A program made the position numbers and the translations under genes. Positions 1-7,123 of a stretch of 15,897 nucleotides of DNA are shown piece after piece. Every line of letters starts with the position of its first letter. Positions within the stretch are counted from its first letter, which is position 1. The notes beneath the pieces were generated by a model that searched no databases, was not told the DNA's origin, and saw only the letters and a list, made by a program, of their open reading frames with translations. The DNA is from Fidelibacterota bacterium (GTDB taxonomy: Bacteria; Fidelibacterota; Marinisomatia; Marinisomatales; JABMOV01), in assembly GCA_046861395.1 (NCBI GenBank), contig JBHHUC010000054.1, positions 1-15,897 of the forward strand. Reading direction: 5' to 3'.

Positions 1-600
1 AAAGGTGAAAGCGAGTTCCTGGGCGGCCGTGCTGCCGGCTTCACGAATGTGATAACCGGAAATGGAAATGGTATTCCATTTCGGCACGTGAGTGGAGCAG
101 AATTCGAAAATATCCGTCACCAGGCGTAGGGACGGCTGGGGCGGGAAGATAAATGTTCCCCGGGCGATATATTCCTTTAGAATATCATTCTGGACCGTAC
201 CCCTCAACCGGTCCGGAGACACCCCTTGTTTTTCAGCTGCCACAATGTAAAAGGCCAACAATATTGCTGCGGTAGAATTAATTGTCATGGATGTGGAAAC
301 CTTATCCAGCGGAATCTGGTCAAATAATGTTTCCATATCCTGCAGCGTGGTAATGGGGACGCCTACGCGTCCCACTTCTCCTTCGGCCATGGGATGATCG
401 GAATCATAGCCGATCTGGGTAGGCAAATCAAAGGCTACCGACAGGCCGGAAACACCTTGATCCAGTAAATAGCGATAACGGTGATTGGATTCTGTGGCCG
501 TGGTAAAGCCGGAATATTGCCGCATGGTCCAGAGACGCTGACGATACATCTCCGGATAAATGCCACGGGTAAAGGGAAATTCCCCCGGTTTTTCTTTCAA
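1..600 (-). CDS. mcmA: Methylmalonyl-CoA mutase, substrate-binding (TIM-barrel) part; 5' portion only, runs off the window
   Basis: Not in the ORF track. Manual translation from TTG at 600: [32 protein letters not shown]...[17 protein letters not shown]...GEVGRVGV...[15 protein letters not shown]...[23 protein letters not shown]. Tyr in RQYSGF and Arg in KEYIARG fit methylmalonyl- rather than isobutyryl-CoA specificity. TTGA overlap with the djlA stop. Confidence 0.95.
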   Translation of the reverse strand, partial: MKEKPGEFPFTRGIYPEMYRQRLWTMRQYSGFTTATESNHRYRYLLDQGVSGLSVAFDLPTQIGYDSDHPMAEGEVGRVGVPITTLQDMETLFDQIPLDKVSTSMTINSTAAILLAFYIVAAEKQGVSPDRLRGTVQNDILKEYIARGTFIFPPQPSLRLVTDIFEFCSTHVPKWNTISISGYHIREAGSTAAQELAFTF

Positions 601-1337
601 TGCATTCCCCGTTCCTGTTTGATGGTCTGATAGGCATCATTGACCGCTTTAAACTTTTCTTCCGCCAGGCGTCGCAGATCTTCTCCCAGATGGGTGACCT
701 TATCGGGATGGTATTTCGTGGCCATTTTGCGATAGGCCTTTTTTATTTCCTGATCGGTGGCATCGGGTGAGATTTCCAAGATGTTGTAGGCGGCGGTACT
801 GTCCTTGATGAACATGGCCTTGATGGACGTGAAATCATTGGCGTTAATATTGAGATAATTGGCGATGGTTTGAATGATTTCAATTTCCCGGGGATGGATA
901 TGACCATCGGCCTGAGCCAGTCCGAATAAAACATGGATTAATTCCAAACGACTGGGATGATCCATGGAGCGCTGAATCTGACGACAGACATCTTTCAGGG
1001 GATAATCCTGGTTCAGAATATCCTTTAACAATAATAGATATTGCTGCACATCATGGTTGGGTAATTGTTGTCGCAGGAACCGTTTGATATAATCCAATTC
1101 CGATTTCAGCAATTGATCATCGGCTTTCATGACCCGGGCCAGCAGCACCAGAAGGGAGACGATAAAGTCTCCGGGACGAGTCCGGGGCATGGTCCCGCGA
1201 TAATACGTCTGGCCAAAACCGGTGCCCGGTCGCATTTCATCGGACATGCTGGCAAAGGCAAAGCCCAGAATGGCCCCGATCGGTCCGCCCAGAGCCCAAC
1301 CTAAACCGCCCCAGATGAGTTTTTTCCCTAATGACAT
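597..1337 (-). CDS. djlA: DjlA-like co-chaperone (N-terminal membrane anchor, TerB-like domain, C-terminal J domain)
   Basis: [16 protein letters not shown] anchor; VMKAD and LAQADG TerB-type motifs; J domain AYNILEI...[16 protein letters not shown] with HPD. Confidence 0.9.
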   Translation of the reverse strand: MSLGKKLIWGGLGWALGGPIGAILGFAFASMSDEMRPGTGFGQTYYRGTMPRTRPGDFIVSLLVLLARVMKADDQLLKSELDYIKRFLRQQLPNHDVQQYLLLLKDILNQDYPLKDVCRQIQRSMDHPSRLELIHVLFGLAQADGHIHPREIEIIQTIANYLNINANDFTSIKAMFIKDSTAAYNILEISPDATDQEIKKAYRKMATKYHPDKVTHLGEDLRRLAEEKFKAVNDAYQTIKQERGMH

Positions 1338-1480
1338 GGATTATCCTGTTGTTTGCATACCGGATTTAAATTCAATCGGTATGAAAAAGGTTCCAGCGCG
1401 AGGAGCAGAAAATTATCCCTCCTCAATAAAGGTAGAAAACTACACAAGTTAATAATGGGAAAAAAAAGGTATATTCAGAC

Positions 1481-2020
1481 ATGCTGAAACCAGTCAGAAT
1501 GCGAATTGGATTTTGTCTCCGGACCTGGAAAAAACGGATGCAAAACGGCCGGCCGGTCAGGTTGGCGCCTTCGGCTACGGGTGTTTCAAGCGTCCTGATC
1601 ATATTCCCCGATCAACTGGATGAATATCGGATCGCCCATCATTATTTCAAATCGGTGGAGGATTCCCATCCCGCTGTCCGTTTCACATTCCTGCTGCCCG
1701 GCGATTCCACCCCCTTACATACCACGGGAATGGAAAATGGATCGATTGTCCTCCAGGAAGAGGATTTTGACCGCTGGCAATTGCCGTCGCGGGAATTCAT
1801 TGATCGCCTTTTCGCAAAACCCTATGATGCCATTATTAATCTCTGTACACCCGAATACCTGGTAGCGGAAACCATCGTCTGTGAAGCACCGGTTAATCTG
1901 CGCCTGGGATTTTATTCGCCGCGGACATCACGGTACTATGATTTGACCATTGAGCGCACCGGACGTCTGTCGCTGGAAAAAGTATATATACAAATTCAAC
2001 AACTATTGGGGTTACAATGA
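1481..2020 (+). CDS. Hypothetical protein, DUF6913-like (resembles the N-terminal Rossmann half of GT9 glycosyltransferases)
   Basis: 179-aa ORF with YDAIINL...RLGF...YYDL pattern; ATGA overlap with the next gene. Family assignment from recall. Confidence 0.55.
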   Translation: MLKPVRMRIGFCLRTWKKRMQNGRPVRLAPSATGVSSVLIIFPDQLDEYRIAHHYFKSVEDSHPAVRFTFLLPGDSTPLHTTGMENGSIVLQEEDFDRWQLPSREFIDRLFAKPYDAIINLCTPEYLVAETIVCEAPVNLRLGFYSPRTSRYYDLTIERTGRLSLEKVYIQIQQLLGLQ

Positions 2021-3216
2021 TTTACGTATTTGAGGATACCTGCCATACACAACTCAATCCCCTGGCCATGACCCGGCCCGTCATGGCGATTCGCAGTGGG
2101 CGGTCTACCTTTCTGGAGCGGATCGAATCGTTTACGGAGGGTGCCGAAATCTGCCTCGTCGTCAGGCCGGAGATGGAACGTATCACGCGTGAATTGTATC
2201 CTGAAATGACGGTCAACCCAACCACGTTTCAGGATGGATTCTGGTTGAAGGCGGCCGTCTTCTGGGATTCATCTCTCCTCAAGCGAATATTCGCATCGCA
2301 AACATTGTTTTTACATGCCGACCGGCTCATGGCCGGATACCTGCCGGCAGCGGTTGCTACGGACTGGATGGCAAAGGGCGGTCCTCTGTCCGGTGTAATC
2401 CCGCCGGGTCCGTCGGAGACTTGTCCCGTGCCTGATGTTGAATACCTGTGGGAAATCCAGCCCCGGGCCGAAGCGGAACTGAAAGACATGGAAATCAATA
2501 ATCCGGTCGTAAAACGGGAAGGCGTGACCGTCATTCACCCCGATCAGGTGGATATTTCCGGTTCGGCCACCTTATTGCCACAGATTGTCATAGATGCCAG
2601 TGACGGTCCTGTCATCCTGGAAGAGAATGTCACCATTCATCCCTTTAGCTATATTCAGGGTCCCACCGTTATCGGTCGCGGGTCAACGGTTACGGCGCAT
2701 ACCCGCATTACTAAATCATTCATCGGTCCGGGCTGTAAGGTGGGCGGAGAAATATCCAGTACCATTTTTCAGGGCTGGAGCAATAAGGTGCATTACGGAT
2801 TTATTGGAAATTCTTTTATTGGTGAATGGGTGAACCTGGGAGCCGGGACCACCGGCAGCAATCTGAAGAATAATTATTCAACGGTTACGGTTCGGGTAAA
2901 CAATACGCCCGTCAATACGGGAGAGCAATTCATCGGCGCCTTCATCGGTGACCACGTCAAATCTGCCATCGGTACGCGGTTCAATACGGGAACGGTGATA
3001 GAACCGGGTTGTAATCTGGTGGATCAGGCCTTCCTGCCCAAATGGATTCCGGCCTTTACCTGGTTGCAAAACGGTAACCTGAGTACCTACGACTGGGAGA
3101 AATTCCTGGTCACAGCCGAGGCGGGAATGCAGCGCCGGAAGCAGCACCTGACGGCTGCCCAACAGCAATTACTTCATGAAATCCGGGGGCGGAGAACAAG
3201 CCGGATCATCGTCTGA
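2017..3216 (+). CDS. GlmU-like putative sugar nucleotidyltransferase/acetyltransferase (FCB-type alternative GlmU)
   Basis: N-terminal LNPLAMTRPVMAIRSG; hexapeptide left-handed beta-helix; SNKVHYGFIGNSFIGEWVNLGAGTTGSNLKNNY and GDHVKSAIGTRFNTG motifs. Confidence 0.85.
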   Translation: MIYVFEDTCHTQLNPLAMTRPVMAIRSGRSTFLERIESFTEGAEICLVVRPEMERITRELYPEMTVNPTTFQDGFWLKAAVFWDSSLLKRIFASQTLFLHADRLMAGYLPAAVATDWMAKGGPLSGVIPPGPSETCPVPDVEYLWEIQPRAEAELKDMEINNPVVKREGVTVIHPDQVDISGSATLLPQIVIDASDGPVILEENVTIHPFSYIQGPTVIGRGSTVTAHTRITKSFIGPGCKVGGEISSTIFQGWSNKVHYGFIGNSFIGEWVNLGAGTTGSNLKNNYSTVTVRVNNTPVNTGEQFIGAFIGDHVKSAIGTRFNTGTVIEPGCNLVDQAFLPKWIPAFTWLQNGNLSTYDWEKFLVTAEAGMQRRKQHLTAAQQQLLHEIRGRRTSRIIV

Positions 3217-3246
3217 ATTTCGGGGTTCTCGTCACAGAAATTGATA

Positions 3247-3275
3247 TTGACGAAACAGAAACCACCCTGTATATT
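3247..3275 (+). promoter_or_regulatory. sigma70-type promoter for the Zn-ribbon/DUF3467 pair
   Basis: TTGACG (3247-3252), 17-nt spacer, TATATT (3270-3275); GAAGGA SD before ATG 3303. Confidence 0.7.
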
Positions 3276-3302
3276 AGCCCCCGATTTTAGAAGGAAACAT
3301 GA

Positions 3303-3692
3303 ATGCTTGAAGGTATAATCTGTCCCGTTTGTGAATCAAGCCTGGATGAAGCAAATCTCCGGGAAGTTTTGCGATGCACTGTATGCAATACCGATTTGAA
3401 ACAGCGGCAGTTTCTGGATTTCCTTGAGTACCTGATGAAAAACGGTATTGTTGAAAATCTGGACTTCTTCGACACGGAGGTGTACCAGGAAGATATTGAG
3501 CGATTATCCCCCGAAGACGAAGAAGAAATTGATCCTTCGGATTTTGAAAAGAAAAAAGACACCTTCAACCTTTATGAAAATGAAATGATTCCCCAGACGG
3601 AAGAAACCATCGATGAATCGGCTTTTGAAAAGTTTGAGGGTCTGAATGAAGACTGGGAAGAGTTTAATTCCCAGGACTTCGATGAATTTTAA
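3303..3692 (+). CDS. Hypothetical Zn-ribbon protein with a long acidic C-terminal region
   Basis: CPVC-x14-CTVC; 39 D/E in 129 aa by manual count; SD and promoter upstream. Confidence 0.8.
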   Translation: MLEGIICPVCESSLDEANLREVLRCTVCNTDLKQRQFLDFLEYLMKNGIVENLDFFDTEVYQEDIERLSPEDEEEIDPSDFEKKKDTFNLYENEMIPQTEETIDESAFEKFEGLNEDWEEFNSQDFDEF

Positions 3693-3709
3693 CCGCCGGG
3701 GGAGGTCCC

Positions 3710-4033
3710 ATGGATGAAAAAAAGAAGAATATCCAGCAAATCAATATTGAGCTAGACGAAAAAGTCAGCAGTGGTGATTATTCCAATTTCGTAGTTGTCA
3801 CCCATTCACCAGCCGAGTTTGTCATGGATTTCACCCGTATTTTACCCGGTGTACCCAAGGCCAAGGTCCATTCCCGGATCATCATGGCCCCGCCTCATGT
3901 GAAAGCATTTATGCATGCTTTAAAAGATAACTTGGCCAAATTCGAGGCCAAATATGGAGAAATTCAGTCTCCCGGTCAGGAAGGTTTCATGAATTTTGGC
4001 GTAAAACCGCCGAAGGATAAATTACCGAACTAA
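3710..4033 (+). CDS. DUF3467 family protein
   Basis: INIELDEKVSSGDYSNFVVVTHSPAEFVMDF...PKAKVHSRIIMAPPHVK...FEAKYGEI signature; GGAGG SD. Confidence 0.9.
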   Translation: MDEKKKNIQQINIELDEKVSSGDYSNFVVVTHSPAEFVMDFTRILPGVPKAKVHSRIIMAPPHVKAFMHALKDNLAKFEAKYGEIQSPGQEGFMNFGVKPPKDKLPN

Positions 4034-4059
4034 TCCTATTTATCCCGGTTGATCCGGGC

Positions 4060-4659
4060 TTATTCTATCCCAGGAGGAAAAGAATCGGCATACCAGACCC
4101 AGGTTCTGCCCCGTTTTAATTCACGCATTTTCAGGATGACCCAAGCACTCAGTACCAGCCAGGCCATCCCATATCCAAACAAAGCACCGCCCACTATATC
4201 GGCCGGATAATGCACTCCGACATAGACCCGGCTGAAGGCAATGAGACCGGCTAGAGTATAAAGCCAAGGCCGGACCCGGGGATAGAAATAGCCCAGGACG
4301 GTACTTAGAGCGAAACTATTGGCCGCGTGATTGGAAACAAAACTATATCGGCCGCCCTTGCCGACCAACAAACGAATACCGTCCAGAGCATGGGATGGTC
4401 GAATTCTACCCACCAGCGGTTTGATCCACTGTGCGGCGATGGAATCCGTCAAAGCCAGGGTGAGGATTAAAATCCCCAACGCAATGCGTCCTCGTTTTTC
4501 GTCTAACCGTATCGCAAAAAAAATATAGGCCAGCAGTGGAAGGGTCCAATGTCGGGGATCCGTAATAAACGGCATGACAACATCAAATACATGATTTGCC
4601 ATTTTCCCGTTAATAAATTGGAAGATGGAATGGTCCAGATCAAGGAAGGATTTAACCAT
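4060..4659 (-). CDS. PAP2-family membrane phosphatase (undecaprenyl-pyrophosphate/lipid phosphatase-like)
   Basis: KPLVGRIRP (C1), SFVSNHA (C2), SRVYVGVHYPADI (C3); several transmembrane segments. Confidence 0.92.
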   Translation of the reverse strand: MVKSFLDLDHSIFQFINGKMANHVFDVVMPFITDPRHWTLPLLAYIFFAIRLDEKRGRIALGILILTLALTDSIAAQWIKPLVGRIRPSHALDGIRLLVGKGGRYSFVSNHAANSFALSTVLGYFYPRVRPWLYTLAGLIAFSRVYVGVHYPADIVGGALFGYGMAWLVLSAWVILKMRELKRGRTWVWYADSFPPGIE

Positions 4660-4661
4660 TT

Positions 4662-4922
4662 ATGATGAATGAAAAATTACTCACAATTTTAAGATGTCCT
4701 GTCACCATGAAACCCCTGGCAATGGCAGATGATGAAGTATTACATGACCTGAATACCCGGATTCAGGTGGGGAAAGTTAATACCAAAGAAGGAGAAACCG
4801 TTACCGAAGTCTTCACCGAAGGCCTGATAACCACTGATAAGAAAATCTTCTATCCCATCCGTTCAGGAGTGCCGGTTTTACTAGAATCGGAATCAATTCT
4901 CCTGTCAGATCAGGTGGATTGA
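4662..4922 (+). CDS. Trm112-like family protein
   Basis: LLTILRCPVTMKPL...FYPIRSGVPVLL signature; start could be ATG 4662 or 4665. Confidence 0.85.
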   Translation: MMNEKLLTILRCPVTMKPLAMADDEVLHDLNTRIQVGKVNTKEGETVTEVFTEGLITTDKKIFYPIRSGVPVLLESESILLSDQVD

Positions 4923-4989
4923 TTCGACGGCCAAACAATACGTGTACAGATAATATAAACCGGGGAGTTTAGAAAACATCAAATAATGC

Positions 4990-5018
4990 TTGTCACGAGC
5001 GAAATCGAATTCTAATTT
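4990..5018 (+). promoter_or_regulatory. sigma70-type promoter preceding a structured non-coding segment
   Basis: TTGTCA (4990-4995), 17-nt spacer, TAATTT (5013-5018); predicted start about 5025. Confidence 0.55.
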
Positions 5019-5024
5019 TATGCC

Positions 5025-5100
5025 AGATTTAAGCAGGGCATAAATAAAAAGACTGGTTGTTCCCCCGCTCCCAGGATTTGCTTAGCCCTGCTTTTCTATT
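5025..5100 (+). ncRNA. Putative small RNA: long irregular hairpin with C-rich apical loop, then a U-rich tail
   Basis: AAGCAGGGC (5031-5039) pairs with GCCCTGCTT (5085-5093); TAA/TTA and AAA/TTT extend the stem; inner stem CTGG (5053-5056)/CCAG (5071-5074); loop TTGTTCCCCCGCTC; followed by TTCTATTT. Confidence 0.45.
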
Positions 5101-5109
5101 TATAGGACC

Positions 5110-5211
5110 TTACTTTTTTCGCTCAATATATCGTTTAATGGCCCACAGCAGAACCAGCGTCCCAAATACAAAGAGAAAATTTGCCAGTATGATGATTTGA
5201 AATGATGTCAT
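5110..5211 (-). CDS. Small single-pass membrane peptide, 33 aa (MTSFQIIILANFLFVFGTLVLLWAIKRYIERKK)
   Basis: Below the ORF-track cutoff; manual translation ATG 5211 to TAA 5110. About 20 hydrophobic residues followed by a basic tail. No strong SD (AAAGAAAA upstream). Confidence 0.6.
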   Translation of the reverse strand: MTSFQIIILANFLFVFGTLVLLWAIKRYIERKK

Positions 5212-5257
5212 TTTTCTTTGGAAAGATAATGAAGGAAATAGTCTTTAGAGTTTAAAT

Positions 5258-5286
5258 TTAACGGTCATGCTATTCATTCCTACAAT
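5258..5286 (+). promoter_or_regulatory. Candidate promoter of the etf operon
   Basis: TTAACG (5258-5263), 17-nt spacer, TACAAT (5281-5286); an alternative -10 TATATT lies at 5288-5293. Confidence 0.4.
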
Positions 5287-5336
5287 GTATATTTTACCAG
5301 GAAACAAACCTTAACAACCAGCTGAAGGAGACTTTG

Positions 5337-6113
5337 ATGAAAATCGGCGTCTTAGTGAAACAGGTTCCAGGCAGTGAATCACCCATTCCGATCAATGCCA
5401 AGGGTGACTGGGTTCAGGAAGAAAACATAACCTATGTTATGAATGAAAGTGATTCCTATGCGTTGGAAGAAGCAATTCAGATAAAGGAAAAATCGGGAGC
5501 AGGGGAAGTAGTCGTTCTGAGTTTAGGTCCGCAGGGCCGTACCGTAAAAACCATCCGGGAAGCCCTGGCCAAAGGGGCCGACCGGGCTATTCATATCGTT
5601 GACGATGTCCCCGGACTGGTGGATCCGTTCCTCATTGCCAAAGCCCTGGCAAAGGCCTGTGAAGAAGAAGAATTTGACTTGATTCTGTCCGGATTGATAT
5701 CTGCAGATTATGGCTCCGGGCAAGTCGGGATCATGCTGGGGGAAATGCTGGGACTTGCCACGGCCAGTCTGGCGGTAGAGACCCAGGTCCAGGATACCAG
5801 CATCCGGATCAAACGGGAATTGGAAGGGGGCTGGTTTCAATGGTTGACCTGTCCACTCCCGGCCCTGGTAACCATTCAATCCGGTTTGAATCAGCCGCGT
5901 TATGCCTCTTTGAAGGGGATCATGACTGCGAAACGCAAGGAAATAAAATCCATTCCGATGGCGGAGCTGATTGGGGGACTGGTGCCACAGCAAACACTAC
6001 AGCAACTGGCCATCCCAAGCACAACCAAACATACGGAAATGATTGAAGGTGAAACAAACCAGGTTGTGGAACAATTGATAGATGTTCTAAAAACCAAAGC
6101 AAAAGTTTTATAG
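5337..6113 (+). CDS. etfB: Electron transfer flavoprotein beta subunit
   Basis: MKIGVLVKQVP, DSYALEEA, ALAKGADRAIH, RELEGG, LNQPRYASLKGIMTAKRK. ATG 5337 preferred over TTG 5334 from its spacing to GAAGGAG. Confidence 0.96.
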   Translation: MKIGVLVKQVPGSESPIPINAKGDWVQEENITYVMNESDSYALEEAIQIKEKSGAGEVVVLSLGPQGRTVKTIREALAKGADRAIHIVDDVPGLVDPFLIAKALAKACEEEEFDLILSGLISADYGSGQVGIMLGEMLGLATASLAVETQVQDTSIRIKRELEGGWFQWLTCPLPALVTIQSGLNQPRYASLKGIMTAKRKEIKSIPMAELIGGLVPQQTLQQLAIPSTTKHTEMIEGETNQVVEQLIDVLKTKAKVL

Positions 6114-6121
6114 GAGCCATT

Positions 6122-7090
6122 ATGAGTATTATTGTTATTCTGGAAAACCAGAACGGGTCCTTGCATCGAATCAGCGAAGAAGCTCTGGTGGCCGCCCAGC
6201 ATTTGGGCCAGGACCTGAACATGGAGGTGAAGGCGGTTGCGCTGGGCTCTGATAATGATGCCGTCACGCAAAAAGCAGCAGCCTGTGACCTGAACGAAAT
6301 TCTGTCGGTAACCCATGAAACGCTTGCCACTTATACCGGTGATGCCTGGACGGCTGCCCTGGCTCAGGTCGTTGAAAAAGAGAAACCGACCTATCTCCTC
6401 ATGGGGCATTCCTATCAGGTCCGGGATTACGGACCCCGCCTGAGCGTCTGCCTGCAGTGTCCCTTCATTGCCGACGCCTCCGGATTTACTCTGCAGGACG
6501 GGAAGCCGGTGTTTCAACGGACGACATTCAATGGGAAACTGGTGGCCAATATTGCGGCCGGAGAGACGGATTGCGTCATGGTGAGTTTCCAGTCAGCAGC
6601 CTACCAGGCCGATGACATTGTCCCGGGAACCGCAGCAATTCATGCCGTGGATATTCAGTTCGATGCTGACAGCATTACCACCATCCCGGAAGCGCCGTTC
6701 CAGGAAGCTGCGGACAGTGTGGATTTAACGGCGGCGGACATCATCGTTTCCGTTGGTCGTGGAATCGGCAAGGAGGAAAATATTTCTGTTGCCCAGTCTC
6801 TGGCCGATGCGCTTCACGGAGAATTGGGATCTTCCCGGCCGGTTGTGGATGCGGGATGGCTGCCCCAGTCACGCCAGGTGGGAAGTTCGGGGCAAAGTGT
6901 GAGTCCCAAACTCTATTTTGCTTTGGGTATCAGTGGTGCCATCCAGCATCTGGTGGGAATGAAAGGCAGTAAATTCATCATTGCCGTCAATAAAGACCCC
7001 GATGCCCCCATCTTTGACGTGGCTGATGTGGGAGTCGTAGGCGACCTGATGGACATTGTCCCCAAACTGACCGAGGCTCTACAGACCTGA
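6122..7090 (+). CDS. etfA: Electron transfer flavoprotein alpha subunit
   Basis: [56 protein letters not shown]. Confidence 0.97.
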   Translation: MSIIVILENQNGSLHRISEEALVAAQHLGQDLNMEVKAVALGSDNDAVTQKAAACDLNEILSVTHETLATYTGDAWTAALAQVVEKEKPTYLLMGHSYQVRDYGPRLSVCLQCPFIADASGFTLQDGKPVFQRTTFNGKLVANIAAGETDCVMVSFQSAAYQADDIVPGTAAIHAVDIQFDADSITTIPEAPFQEAADSVDLTAADIIVSVGRGIGKEENISVAQSLADALHGELGSSRPVVDAGWLPQSRQVGSSGQSVSPKLYFALGISGAIQHLVGMKGSKFIIAVNKDPDAPIFDVADVGVVGDLMDIVPKLTEALQT

Positions 7091-7123
7091 TCCGTACCTG
7101 AACTTCAACCGGAGGAATTCTTC

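Noticed and set aside
428..640. 70-aa ORF in the track
   Set aside because: Out-of-frame shadow of the mutase, which reads from TTG 600.
4044..4058. CCCGG-TTGAT-CCGGG hairpin between convergent DUF3467 and PAP2 genes
   Set aside because: Only a 5-bp stem with poor U tracts, and CCGG is very frequent in this window; too weak to call a terminator.
5050..5085. Minus-strand AATCCTGGGAGCGGGGGAAC resembles the 5' half of the ydaO/c-di-AMP riboswitch
   Set aside because: The second half (GGGGUGAAUC...CCCGUCAGCUAACC) is absent and no same-strand gene follows directly.
5252..5261. TTAAATTTAA palindrome upstream of etfB
   Set aside because: AT-only 10-mer in an AT-rich region; expected by chance.
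5523..6517. Long antisense ORFs (156, 205 and 136 aa) over etfBA, and similar ones elsewhere
   Set aside because: Antisense shadows of conserved genes with no recognisable motifs.
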